Below the pieces are notes generated by a model. The model searched no databases and had not been told where the DNA came from. It saw only the letters and a program-made list of their open reading frames with translations. A DNA stretch of 63,786 bases, filler included, from Octopus bimaculoides (taxonomy: Eukaryota), in assembly GCF_001194135.2 (NCBI RefSeq). It is 7 parts of 6 records of this genome, joined end to end, with 100 filler letters (N's around TTAATTAATTAA, not from the genome) between each part and the next. Parts side by side here need not be neighbours in the genome. Positions count along the whole stretch, not along the records: positions 1 to 3,601 come from NW_026382889.1; positions 3,702 to 10,255 come from NC_068983.1; positions 10,356 to 34,908 come from NC_069001.1; 4 more parts are not named here. One strand, given 5' to 3'. How positions within the stretch are numbered: the stretch's first letter is position 1; each line of letters begins with the position of its first letter. A program made the position numbers and the translations under genes. This document shows positions 1-12,054 of this stretch, piece by piece.

Positions 1-139
1 ATGATGCTACATATATGAGAATGACACCTACTTACTACTATCAAGTAATGTCAAGACAAAATACAGTTATATACATACAATCATATAAATGTCCCCTTTC
101 CAATCGAGGGTTCTTTGTCGAGCAAATTACTTAGTGACC

Positions 140-327
140 CTGCCAGTGCTGGTGCCATGAAAAAAGTACCCAGTACACTCTGTAAAGTGAATAGCATTAG
201 AAAGGGTATCCTGCCAAAATCATGCCAAAGTGGATGATAGAGCTTGGCACAGCCTTCTGGTTTGATAGCGCTTGTCAAATCGTCCAACCCAAGCAAGTAC
301 GGAAAAAGGACGCTAAATGAAGATGAC
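140..327 (+). mobile_element. Degenerate RTE-clade LINE 3' UTR fragment
   Basis: Diverged version of the ...ttaggaagggcatcc...tcgtccaaccc...ggacgttaaacgatga tail seen many times in this window. Confidence 0.6.
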
Positions 328-937
328 ATACACAATGGTTGTGGTGTTGGTGGTGGTGGTGGACAAACAAATACACACACATATATACAGACAATGGGCT
401 TCCACACAGTTTCCATCAACCAAATTCATTTACATGAGAATGGTTGACTCACGACTATAATAGAAGACACTTGCCCAAGGTGCTGCATAGTGGGACTGAA
501 CCCAAAACCAAGGAGCTGCAAAGTGAGCTACTTAACCACACAATCATGCCTGAGCCTAATAAATTATAATTTTAAAATCTACCTTAACACTGTCTATTGT
601 TAAAGTTTAGGTCTCATCTCTTTCAGCTGCTTGACTGTTATCTTCAAAGTCTATTAATCTTTGGTCAGGCATGCAATTCCAATAATGCTTGAGTTATATT
701 TGTTGTTTGTAGTATCCATGTTGTAAATTTCACATGTGTAGCATACCTAGGTTTACATATCATGTACTGTATGATACCTAGATATTGTGTGGACTAGGAT
801 TTGATATTAAATAAAGTTTTAAGCACTTATAATATGCAAATTAGTAACCCCAGTTCTCTGAAACTACTGGACTTGTTTCTCTGGATGGATCAAGTGATGT
901 AGACACCTCTGATGAGACACAGGTTGAAAACCAATTT

Positions 938-1156
938 ATTCTTCAGCATTCAGATTACTCTGTTAATGGAATGTTTATTTATTCATGTTGTTTTGAATTG
1001 ACCATGCATTATCTTGTAACTTCTAGATTTTGATGATGTGATTGTTTGTTTTTAGACTGATATTGTAGGTGGGTGTTAAAGGCTGGAGCTGGCCAGTGTG
1101 AACATAAAATAGGTACAATATTTGGGCCAGATATAACCAATTTAAATGCTAATAAG
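938..1156. mobile_element. piggyBac-like MITE, copy 1 (degenerate)
   Basis: Homologous to 19532-19751, 21234-21435 and 43112-43331; right end aatgctaataag followed by TTAA. Confidence 0.55.
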
Positions 1157-1999
1157 TTAAGGCTGTTTTACATTCTGGATATATAATTTAGCAAAGTAGC
1201 AAGGAAGAAAGTGTATACACGACACACTGCTATTACAATCACACAAGACTCAATGCTCTATCATGGCTAACAATGAATTGCTACCAACATGAACTGCCAT
1301 TCACTCACAGTTCTTTAATTTATAACAATGAGTCAGTCCACCTTTAGTTATTTGGCGGGTGGTTGTTCATCAGATTTTTCACTCTATGGAGAAATAGTTA
1401 AGTTTGCCATCTTTGTATATCTGGTATGTACATTTACATACATAAGCATGTGAGCATTAATAAAAGGAGAAATTGTGTCTTTTATCTATTGCCACAATTC
1501 CTCATCCTGTGGTGAATAACCTGAATATGGAAAGGCAATGGTGGTCATAACATTGATGGTGATAAAATCAATAATCATCACATCAAAATATTTTTACTCT
1601 CCATCAAAAAGAAAACAGTGCAGCTCAAAATATAAAACAGCTAAATGAACAGTTCTCAACTCTCTTCCTTAAAACCACGTTAATTTATACATAAAAAAAA
1701 AAACATTATCTTTTATCTTGTTTCTGTCATTGACCTGTAGCCATGCTGGAGTACTATCTTGATGGATTTAGTCAAACAAATCAAGGCTAGTATTAATTTT
1801 TTCAAGACTGGTACTTATTCTACTGGTCTATTTTGCTGAATCACCATTTGTGAAGTGGTGATGCAGAGACAAACACAAAGGCGGATGCACACACACACAC
1901 ACGCAACAATCTTCCACAGTTTCTGTCAACCAAATACTTTTTTTAAAAAATGACAATAAATACTTGATGAAATAGTTTTACTTCTTTTTTCCCAACATT

Positions 2000-2185
2000 T
2001 TATAAAACTCTAACTTCCCAAGTGGAATTAATTCTAAAACCAACTTGTCCATCAAGAAAATAATGAATCTCAGGTTCCAAGATACAAATATATTTCCCAA
2101 CTTTCAGTTGGTCCCAGGAAAAATATGGATAAGGATCTGATTCTTTGTGATAAAATATCAGACTACATATGCGACCTTCAGTATC
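2000..2185 (-). CDS. Terminal coding exon (phase 0) of a host gene; uncharacterised domain
   Basis: Pyrimidine-rich acceptor ttcttttttcag at 2188-2186, then DTEGRICSLIFYHKESDPYPYFSWDQLKVGKYICILEPEIHYFLDGQVGFRINSTWEVRVL and TAA at 2002-2000. Non-repetitive globular composition. The D..G....FY / LK.G..I.I...H.F.DG..G.RI pattern recalls, from memory, the domain preceding MYND fingers in uncharacterised fungal and invertebrate proteins. Confidence 0.75.
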   Translation of the reverse strand, partial: DTEGRICSLIFYHKESDPYPYFSWDQLKVGKYICILEPEIHYFLDGQVGFRINSTWEVRVL

Positions 2186-2559
2186 CTGAAAAAAGAAGAA
2201 AAGTTTATTATTATTTAATGATAATTGAGGTCGTGGGCTAACAAAATCTTTAAGCATATTAGACAAAATCCTAAGTGCCATTTTTTTCTTTTTGTTCTGT
2301 GTTCAAATTATGTCAAAGTCAACATTGTTTCCATTTTATGGGGATTGATAAGTAGCAGTTAAGTAAAGTATCAATCAAGTATTACAGTCGATGTAATTGA
2401 CTTTCCCTCCCTTCAAAATTGCTGGCCTTGTGCCAAAATTTTAAATCATAATTCAATGAAAATATACATGCAACTACATTCATACAACATCTTTTTCTAT
2501 TTGTGTGGCATACCTGCAGACATCAGCAATCATGGACATCTGTGCATGATCTGAAGTTT

Positions 2560-2830
2560 CGTGTAGCATTGCAGTTCACTCATATATGTCATATAATCTT
2601 TCTTTCACTCAGAGAGAAAGACATTTGGTTGCCAACAGAACTAAAGGCTCTCTGAACTTTCTCCATCCTATTCTTATTCTAGCAATTACACTTTTGATGC
2701 ATTCTCATCCACTGCCAATTAGGTCACCTAGGTAGCAGAAAATATTTACTACTTCCAGAGAGTCTCCAGGATATTTGAGGAAATCACTTTCCTGTACATC
2801 TGTAGTCTTCATGGCTCTTGTACATCTTCC
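2560..2830 (-). mobile_element. RTE-clade LINE RT C-terminal fragment
   Basis: Minus strand encodes SLEVVNIFCYLGDLIGSG...SVIARIRIGWRKFRE..LLATK.LS, with stops and frameshifts. Confidence 0.75.
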
Positions 2831-2845
2831 ACATACAAACATATA

Positions 2846-2926
<81 letters not shown>

Positions 2927-3049
2927 ATACATGGACGTGAGTCATCTAAGAGATCATAAGTCAGGGAAAAGATGCACTTGTATATCTGTCAATAATGTGG
3001 GTATATTATCTGAAATGTATAGTATTATATAGCTATCACAGCTGATCTT

Positions 3050-3601
3050 ACCAATCAGTTTCGTGCAAGAAATACAATGGAGTGTTAGGCAACAATCTGA
3101 TTATATAACCATATGCTCATCAGAGTGGTACTTTTTGTCAAAGACCACACATTCTTGGCTACAGCTGAGGTGTTGCATCTCTCTAAGATGTTGAAGGAGG
3201 TTTTGTGGTTGTTAAAGTGGGTTCTGAAAGAGCCTTCTGCTGCCCCCACATACTTCTGCATTGGGTTCTATGGCTGTTAACTCTGCCTTGTATACAACTG
3301 TCTCTGTGTTGCAGTGGCTGTTCAGCGGACAATTGGGTTACCCCTGCATGAGCATCCTGCCTCTGCCTTGAGTATAGGCCTGCCCATGAAAATCTTTTTT
3401 ACACTAGGTGCACAGCTAAAGGATAATCTCAGGGTATGTCTATTAGATATTTTGTTGAATCTATTAGTATGGAGGAAGTATTTATCAACTAAACTAAGGA
3501 AGATGTTACCTACTCTGGTCTTAACAATTAAAGAGAAGGGCATCATGAACCACAGCACTTTCCGGTGGTGCATTCTCTTGGGGTGCTACAGTCTGGCATG
3601 T
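3050..3601 (-). mobile_element. Penelope-like element fragment (RT C-terminus, Cys linker, GIY-YIG endonuclease)
   Basis: RKVLWFMMPFSLIVKTRVGNIFLSLVDKYF...NRHTLRLSFSCAP, then CSCRGNP(N)CPLNSHC, VVYKAE...KYVGAAEGSFRTHFNNHKTSF. Frameshifted; abuts a gap. Confidence 0.8.
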
Positions 3602-3701
3602 NNNNNNNNNNNNNNNNNNNNNNNNNNNNNNNNNNNNNNNNNNNNTTAATTAATTAANNNNNNNNNNNNNNNNNNNNNNNNNNNNNNNNNNNNNNNNNNN
3701 N
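3602..3701. other. Assembly gap placeholder: N44-TTAATTAATTAA-N44
   Basis: The identical 12-mer (stops in all six frames) lies inside N runs at 3646, 10300, 34953, 57730, 60588 and 62593; not biological sequence. Confidence 0.92.
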
Positions 3702-4080
3702 GGAGTTAAAATAATATATAGTATTTAAATTTTCTTCATGTGTGAATTATTTTGGAAATTATGATAAATTTTTCGGAAAGTCCCAAATGCGGATCGCTAA
3801 AAAAAAGCACATTTATCCTTTCCTATTCAATTGCAATAATAAACATTTTAGTTTTTTTTTTTGAAACTATAGTGTCAAATGGGAATGTGTATGAAATGTC
3901 AATGAACGATATAGATGGGAAATGCCAAAAAAAAAAAAAACGTTTTCAAAACAGTCAATTTTTTTGTATTTCAAAAATTGCGATTTATGACATAAAATGT
4001 CGTCTAGAATTAGCCAGAACTAATAATGACAAATTTTAATTATTGAATATTGTTAAACACACCTCTGCAAATGCAATGTA

Positions 4081-5413
4081 TCAGGTCATCCCATAAGTTC
4101 TGTCCAATTTTACCTTTTTTAAAATTGAATGAAATTTAATAGTATTTTAGAATGTCTAATGAAATTGAAGATTATTTTTATGCATTTGTGTACATTTAAA
4201 CTAATTAAATATTATTTTACAGAATAATAGAATTAAAATTTCTTTGATTAAAACCCTTTCTAACATGGAAGTATCCAAAGAGCATTTAAGGCACATAATG
4301 CTTTATGAGTACAAAAAAGGAAACTCTGCAGTCGAAATGACTCGAAACATACACTCAGTTTATGGGAAGGAATGCTTGAATGGAAGAACTTGCAGAAGAT
4401 GGTTTGCAAAATTCAGAAGTGGAGATTTCAGCCTTGAAGATGAAGATCGAACAGGACGTCCAGTTGAGTCTGATGATAAGCTCCCTGAGGCCTTACTTGA
4501 AGAAAATCCTGCATTATCAGTTGAAGAATTAGCAATAAAGCTTAGTTCAAACCATACAACTGTTCATCGTCATCTTCAACAACTTGGAAAGGTTCCTAAA
4601 CTTGGAAAATGAGTGCCTCATGAATTGTCCGAAAGCAACCGCAAATCCCGAGCTGACATCTGTTCTTCTCTCCATTCTCGCGAACTCATTTCACCCTTTT
4701 TGGATAGACTTGTAACTGGTGACGAAAAATGGATCTTCTATCGAAATGTTANNNNNNNNNNNNNNNNNNNNNNNNNNNNNNNNNNNNNNNNNNNNNNNNN
4801 NNNNNNNNNNNNNNNNNNNNNNNNNNNNNNNNNNNNNNNNNNNNNNNNNNNNNNNNNNNNNNNNNNNNNNNNNNNNNNNNNNNNNNNNNNNNNNNNNNNN
4901 NNNNNTTCACTTTGAATTGTTACCACCTAATGCAACAATCGATGCTCAAGTCTACTGTCAGCAATTAGAGCGTTTGAACCAAGCTTTGAAGAAAAAAACC
5001 CGCTTTAGTGAATCGAAAAGGAGTGATGTTTCATCAGGACAATGCGTGACCCCACACTGCAAAGATCACATCACAGAAGATCGAGGAGCTTGGTTGGGAA
5101 AAAAATTCCTCATCCACCTTATTCTCCCGACCTTGCTCCTTCAGACTACCATTTGTTTCGTAGTTTACAGAATTATTTGGGGGACATAACTTTCGCAAAT
5201 CAGGAGAAGGTCGAAACTGACATTTCAGAGTTCCTCGCTTTGAAACCAAAAGAGTTTTACATTGATGGGATTTAAAAAAAGCTTGTAAATTGATGGAAGG
5301 AAGTCATAGATAATCAGGGAAGGTACATTGATGATTAAATTTCAATTAAATATAACATTTAATCACTTGTTTTCTTTATTCAAAATTCGGACAGAACTTA
5401 TGGGATGACCTGA
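4081..5413 (+). mobile_element. Full-length mariner transposon with pseudogenised transposase
   Basis: 25-bp perfect TIRs TCAGGTCATCCCATAAGTTCTGTCC, TA TSD at 4079-80 and 5414-15. Transposase from ATG 4265 with (W>stop)VPHEL, VTGDEKW, HQDNA and YSPDLAPSDY motifs; a stop, frameshifts and an internal N gap. Confidence 0.95.
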
Positions 5414-5799
5414 TACATAAGCAATTCACTTTAAATACAACCAGCAGTGAGACTGTTTTTAGCAGGTCCCCAAATGGGGCCCATGGCAGGCGATGGGTTA
5501 AGGCTTTCAAAAATCTGAAATACAGGGTGACCAGGGCACCCCTTATGCAGTCTCTACCTATCCTTATTTTGAGTGTTACCATAGCGTGAATATGAGTGTA
5601 CGTGTGGATAAACTTGCACCCGTGGGTGTCTATGTCTCAGTAGAACACAGGTGTATATGTCTTGTTACTGTATGTCTGTGCGTTCATATGTATGTATGTT
5701 TTCTCTCTCTCTCTCCCGTTTAGTGTTAATTTTTAGGTTGTGAAGGAAAGCATCTTGTTTTGTTCATCGTTCTTTAAATCTTAAGGTGTTACAGATATC

Positions 5800-6172
5800 T
5801 ATGTATGCCATTATTCAGTGTTATTTCAAGATTTCTTACTAATAGAGAAAGAACCGGTTTCTAACCCAAATCCAAGGCTCCTTCAACATCAACAGTGTAT
5901 GTATGTATGTGTGCAGATTTGTATGTTTTGCTTTATGTATGTATTCTCATGCATATATTTGCATATCTAATTATGCTCATATATATTTAAATGATAAACT
6001 TCTGGAAAGTTTTACAGATTTTTACAGTTCCAGTGATGCATTGGATCTGTAGTCTTCGAATGAGCTTTCTCCTTTCTGGTTTTGAGAAGCCTAATTTCTC
6101 AAGATTGGTATTTAGGCAGTGTGTTACACATTCCAGGGCCCCAATAATTCTAGGTATAAACCTGAACTTGTA
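5800..6172 (-). mobile_element. 3' end of an RLE-type (R4/NeSL-like) LINE, family with CATA tail
   Basis: YKFRFIPRIIGALECVTHCLNTNLEKLGFSKPERRKLIRRLQIQCITGTVKICKTFQKFII*, then a 3' UTR ending in catacata. Second copy at 57905-58380. Confidence 0.7.
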
Positions 6173-6281
6173 TGTATGCGTGTACACCAGGACGTAAAAA
6201 TATTCAGCTTGGTGTCCGAGGGTACAGTGATCCCACATGAATTGGGGAATCCCTGATCTTTGTCTAGGCCCCTCTTTAGCC

Positions 6282-6727
6282 CAGTGGTTCTCAATCACTT
6301 TTTGCCTGTGGACCCCTTTAGTTTATATTTTACTCGGGTGGACCGGCATAACCATTTGAAGTTTTTAAAAAATCCTTTATCATTGTTATTAATGAAATGT
6401 TATTAGGAATTGTATGGAAAACACGTTTTAATATTTTGTGTCTTGTAAAAGAACAGTCATCCCTCGACTATCGTGGGTGTTACGTTCCGAAACCTCTCAC
6501 AAAAATAATTAAAATCTAAAAAAATATAAATACCTATCAGCCGCAGAAACCCGCGATATACTGAGGAGTCCGTGATATAAATTTACGTATATTAGCCAGG
6601 AAAATCCGTGATGTACTGAGTGCGTGATAGGTGAACCGCGATATGGCGAGGGATTACTGTAAAACCAATTTATTGCAGATAAACTTTAACAGCAAGATCT
6701 TATATGGACCCCGATTGAGGACCACTG
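6282..6727. mobile_element. hAT (Charlie-like) MITE
   Basis: TIRs CAGTGGTTCTCAATC / GATTGAGGACCACTG; flanks ctttagcc and ctctggga resemble a decayed 8-bp NTCTAGAN-type TSD. Confidence 0.7.
6454..6659. mobile_element. pogo/Tigger-like MITE nested in the hAT MITE
   Basis: TIRs CAGTCATCCCTCGACTATCG / CGATATGGCGAGGGATTACTG, followed by TA. Confidence 0.7.
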
Positions 6728-8254
6728 CTCTGGGAGAAGTCTAACATGTATATAAAGCCTGCTGTATTACCGTGAAATATAGGGTTTTACTCAAGAACAC
6801 AAGGCGCCGCTAAGCCCTGGAATCGAATTCACGATTGCTAGATTCTAAGTGCAACGCCTTAACCATTAAGCTATACACACACATCTCCCCCATCGTTCTC
6901 TAATTCCCTTTTTCTCCCTTCACCGTTTTCTATCTGTCTCTCTCTCCCCTCTTTCTCCTTTTCCCTCTCTCGTTGCTCACACGTGACCATCGTTTATCTT
7001 TCTTTTCCTACGCGACGTTTTAAGGACTGGGTGTCTTCTATCCCTCTCTTCTATCATTTCTCTTTTCAAAGAAAATATTTCTTCCAGTGTTCACTCTTTT
7101 CCCTTCGTTCTGGTCTAACGAGCCTCCATGTTTTTGTTTTCGTTCGGTTTCCTTGTATGTCTCCACTGTCTTGTTTTTGTTTCTAACTTTGACTCTTCAT
7201 AAAATACAAAATATATTTTGGAAGTTGAGGGAGTAATGGTCTTCGAAGACTCATATTGTCGTTGAATGCTCGAAATGGGGAGTAGATAGACAGCCGACAA
7301 CTGATGAAGGGTCATTCTTTGTGATACTTGTCCTGTTTTCCATTTTTCTCTCTCATTGTTTGCGTATTTAACTCGCTTGTTTTCGTACTTCATGTTGTTT
7401 ACAGTTGGTGACATCCTGTGCCTATATATGCATATATATACACACACACACACACACACGTCCCTTCCTCTCTCCAGCTGCCACATCCTGGATGTAACAA
7501 ATGAGTCAATGATAGTGGGTGGGAACAAAAAGTGCCTGTGTCTGTTCCCGACTACAAAGGCAATTATACTAAAATACATTACTTTATAACGAAGTCATAT
7601 TAGCTTGCGAGTGACGGCTATTGTTATTTTTATGCAACTTACGCGCACATGTTACATGCATGCACACATGTGCGCACACGCAGTCACTCAAGTATATATA
7701 TTAACTTCCATTCAGAATGTATGCGTGCGCGCGCGTGTGCGTGAAGTTAAGATTCGGGTAAAAACCTTGTAGAATGCTATGCAAAGCTCGTCCACAGTTG
7801 TTGGCTACCTGATGTTTTCATACCAGTGGAAATGCTCCTGCTTCTCGACATACACCAGGAATTCCATAGGATCCAGAGAGTTTATTTAAATAGACAAAGG
7901 ATAGAAAATGTAATTAACGACATTCTTTATTTAAAATAACTATAATTGTTTCGACACATTCTCACACCTGTAGTGCATAGATGAGATGTTCTGCAATCAT
8001 TATCTTACATCCAAGGTGTAAAATTCGCCTCCTCGGGTGATCGTTGAAATAAGTTCTTCGTCGGATTTTCTCGCCATTTCACTCAGTTTGATAATATAAA
8101 ACTCGGAGCAAGATTATCATTTCCAGCAGTTTGCAGACAAAACTAAAACCATATATATAGTGACAGACAAAATACGAAATGCATAAAAAAAGATATAAAC
8201 AAAAGGGTCTGGTTGACTATAAATGACCAGTCTCTCTCTTAATGGTCAGACTTC

Positions 8255-8594
8255 TTCCGGCAGTCCGTCGGTTGCAACGACGAGGGTTCCAGTTGATGCG
8301 ATCAACGGAACAACCTGCTCGTGAAATTAACGTGAAAGTGGCTGAGCACTCCACAGACACGTGTACCCTTAACGTAGTCTTCGAGCTGAAATACAGGTAC
8401 AGCAGAAACAGGAAGAAAGATTGAGAGAAAGTTGTGGTGAAAGAGTACAGCAGGGTTCGCCTCCACCCCCTGCCGGAGCCTCGTGGAACTTTAAGTGTCT
8501 TCGCTCAATAAACACTCACAACGCCCGGTCTGGGAAACGAAACCACGATCCTATGACCGCGAGTTCGCTGCCCTAACCACTGAGCCATTGCGCC
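8255..8594 (-). mobile_element. Full-length tRNA-derived SINE (Arg-like head)
   Basis: Head GGCGCAATGGCTCAGTGGTTAGGGCAGCGAACTCGCGGTCATAGGATCGTGGTTTCGTTTCC with A- and B-box-like motifs and TCG in the anticodon position; CpG-rich body. Confidence 0.75.
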
Positions 8595-9541
8595 ACCACT
8601 AAACAGACTACAGAAAATAAGGCGTTTAAAGATGATAAACTGATAAGGAAGTTAAGACTGATCACTTCAGTCCTTCAGAACTGTTTCCTTGTCTCTTTAA
8701 AAAATCTGAATTACCCCCCTTTTTCTCGCGACAAAAGAACTCCCCATCTTAGTCTAGAACAAGTCTCTGTTTAAAGTTAATTTATCATCGTCCAGTTTTT
8801 ATACGCTGCTTTCAAACAATACGAAAGAGAAAAAGATACCCGCGCGCAGGTACATTGCTCCATGCAACCACGCACACAGTAGCGCACATTGTTTTATACA
8901 TACATACATACATCTATTTATATATGCACGTATGTACACCTCTTACATACATTCATACCGTTTGTAAAATATTGAGATAGATAATACAATCTGACATAAT
9001 CGTATATATAGTCTTCTAACATACATTGAACTATTTTGAAAACCCGAGACAAATACATACAATGATAGAGAGAGAAGGATTGATGTAGATTGATTGGATA
9101 GAGTTTCAAACGTTAATTGTTTTTACAAAACTGCAAAAATAAACATTTTAGTCTACAGTTGCATCTTATAACTGTTTCGGAGAACCTGTGCACCAGTTCA
9201 TCTGCACTCATTGAAATCTACGGGGCTTCCTCGGAGCAGAGATTGGAAAATCTTGAGAACGCATTATACGGATATGCATTTTTTAATTATTATCGACCAT
9301 TTAATGCATTGCGCGGTGCCTTCCTTAAGTCTCCAGACGAAGTCATCGAAGGGTGCGCAGTGTCTCTTATTAACGTTTTTAAATGCTGCAATAATGGTTT
9401 CAATATCGATTTTGGAAGGACCCTGCAGCCCCACCAATATATGCAAATGCAACTGCTAGCGTTCTCACTGTGAATTTGTACATTACGTTCTTCCGAGGGC
9501 ATTCATTTTTCAGTGGACATACATTGTTGTCACTGAAAGTA

Positions 9542-9950
9542 TTGGGTCATCCCATAAATAATGCGTTTTTTTAAATACTTCTTTTATTTTTCAAAATTAA
9601 GATAAACAAAGTTCTTTTTTAATCTAAAATATACTCTCCTTCATTTTCTACAATGCTCTTCCAATGTTCACTTGTCTGTGGCGAAAAATACTCCTCCACT
9701 ACTATTCTGACCTCGTCTACAAAATTCATATTTATTCCATCCAAATGATTTTCACAACTGCGGAATAAATGATAATCGGATGGGGCAATGTCCGACGAAT
9801 ATGGTGGGTGAGGCATCGTTTCCCATTCAAACTGCTCCAGCCTTTGGAATGTCATCCTCGCTGTATGTGGCCGAGCATTATCCTGATGGAAGAACACCTT
9901 TCGTCTTGAAATCAAAGATAGTCGTTTTTCTTCTCGCAGTAGATCTCCTT
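9542..9950 (-). mobile_element. mariner 3' half
   Basis: HQDNARPHTA...PHPPYSSDIAPSDYHLFRS...WKSIVENEGEYILD*, then TIR TTGGGTCATCCCATAAATAATGCG and TA at 9540-41. Confidence 0.9.
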
Positions 9951-10355
9951 TGTTATCGTTTGGTTTGGGCTTAAAAGTTCAGAGTGGACTAAACCATTCG
10001 TATCCCACGAAACAGATAACAACACCTTATGACCTGTTCACTGACAAAATTGTGCAGCACAATTTTGTCAGTGAACAGGTCGCGGTCTCAAAGCGACGAA
10101 AATATTTTGACAAATTAAATTTAAATGTTGAAGTGAATCTAACGGATTTTGTGTGTTATTTTAAATGGCTTATAAAAACCTTCCACGCTGCAATTGTTTT
10201 CGTTCCAGCACACGATCTCAGATCAGGTCACTTGCTATGCAAGTACATCTCAGTANNNNNNNNNNNNNNNNNNNNNNNNNNNNNNNNNNNNNNNNNNNNT
10301 TAATTAATTAANNNNNNNNNNNNNNNNNNNNNNNNNNNNNNNNNNNNNNNNNNNN

Positions 10356-10688
10356 CAGTGACCCTGAACTGGCTCTTGTGCGGGGCCGTCGTAGGATTTT
10401 CGAGCGAGATCATTGCCAGTGCCCCTGGACTGGCTCTTGTGCGGGTGACACATGAAATGCACCGTTTTGAGCGTGGCCGTTGCCAGTACCGCCTGACTGG
10501 CCTTCGTGTGGGTGACACGTAAAAGCACCCACTACACTCTCTGAGTGGTTGGCGTTAGGAAGGGCATCCAGCTGTAGAAACTCTGCCAAATCAGATTGGA
10601 GCCTGGTGTAGCCATCTGGTTTCACCAGTCCTCAGTCAAATCGTCCAACCCATGCTAGCATGGAAAGCGGAAGTTAAACGACGACGAC
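10356..10688 (+). mobile_element. RTE LINE 3' UTR (5'-truncated copy)
   Basis: Same sequence follows RTE RT coding sequence at 38540-39143; ends in a short gac/gat triplet tail. Confidence 0.8.
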
Positions 10689-10689
10689 A

Positions 10690-10946
10690 TTTGCAGTCTT
10701 CAAAATCATTTGGTTGGAAAAAATATGAATTCTCTTGACAAGGTCAGAACAGTACTGGAGGAGTATTTTTTGTCATGGGGAAGTGAAATTTGGAAGGGAG
10801 GCTTTGCAAGTCTACCAGATAGATGGAAGAGCATTGTAGAAAATGAAGGGGAGTATATTTTAGATTAAAAAAGAACTGTGTGTATCTTAATTTTGAAAAA
10901 TCAAAGAAGTATTAATAAAATCCGCATTATTTACGAGATGACCCAA
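10690..10946 (+). mobile_element. mariner 3' end of the same family, inverted relative to 9542-9950
   Basis: SLQNHLVGKNMNS...LPDRWKSIVENEGEYILD*; TIR matches the left one at 22/24 positions; TA at 10947-48. Confidence 0.88.
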
Positions 10947-10984
10947 TATACACACACACACACACACACACACATTTATATTTA

Positions 10985-11840
10985 CAGTGATTGAGCTAAA
11001 TTTGCGAGATTGCATTAAAGGAAAACTAAAAACTTCTAATCCAAAGAAAATCAAAAACTATAATCTAGATTATGGCTGGGAGATAATACTTTACTCAATG
11101 TAAGTGTCCCCAGCCTCCCCCATGGGCTCAACAGAGCTCCAGAACCTGGATACAGTGCCCTTGGGAAGATCTTCAAACATCTCCTTGATCTTGGCCACCA
11201 GCTCAGCCTTCGCATTGCAGGCAGAGCAGTTGCTTCTTTCTTAAATGAACCCCATACATAGAAATCCATGGGATTACAAACAGGGGAATTAGGAGGTTGG
11301 AAATTGGGGCTGGCGAAGTTGTAGGGAATTCTCTGACAACCATTTCTCATTCCTTCTGGTGGTTTTGTCCAGGAGCCAAGTCTTGTTGCCACACATACAG
11401 CCTTCCAGAAGCAACCATCTTCAACCAGGGTTTGACCACAGTCTCCAGCAACTTCACATAGCCATTTAAATTGAGCTTAAATCCCTATTCAAAGATGTTT
11501 GTCAGCATGATGTCATGCTCCCTAATGACACACTATTAAAGTTAAGGGAAACTTGGCTTCCATGACGTCCATATCATGTCTTATAGCCTTCACAGTGTTC
11601 ACAGAGCAGTGAGAAGCAATCATGATATTGGCATTTTCACACCCAGTTTGAATCACCATTATACAGGTAACCCTTTTCCAATATTCAAAAGGCTTCCTGT
11701 GCTCTGTGTCAGCTAACTTCTTTTCAACTACAACTTTAATATTTATGCTCCCCAATGCCATTGACTGTTCACCAATACATCAAGCTGTCCCATCAAAAAA
11801 GGAGAAATAAAATATTGTCAAATTTGGCCCAAACACCCTG
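10985..11840 (-). mobile_element. Internally deleted maT-like (Tc1/mariner) relic
   Basis: PPNSPVCNPMDFYVWG motif; N-terminal KRVTCIM...CSVNTVKAIR; degenerate CAGGGTG-type end. Confidence 0.7.
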
Positions 11841-12000
11841 AAACTAGTCTGTAGATGCCAGACCAGCAAGGGGAAGCAGCTGATCTCCCCTGTTCGAAGG
11901 TTATAACGGACACTGGTTCATGTGTCACATAGCTAGCTAGAGGCGATGGCAGCATTCGCCCTATTTTGGGGACTGCCATGTTGGCTTGGCGATAACTATT

Positions 12001-12054
<54 letters not shown>

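Noticed and set aside
9117-9540. 118-aa plus-strand ORF; the minus strand has a faint hAT dimerisation-like pattern (GLQGPSKIDIETIIAAFKN)
   Set aside because: No splice donor or recognisable domain on plus; the minus pattern has several stops and is too weak to call.
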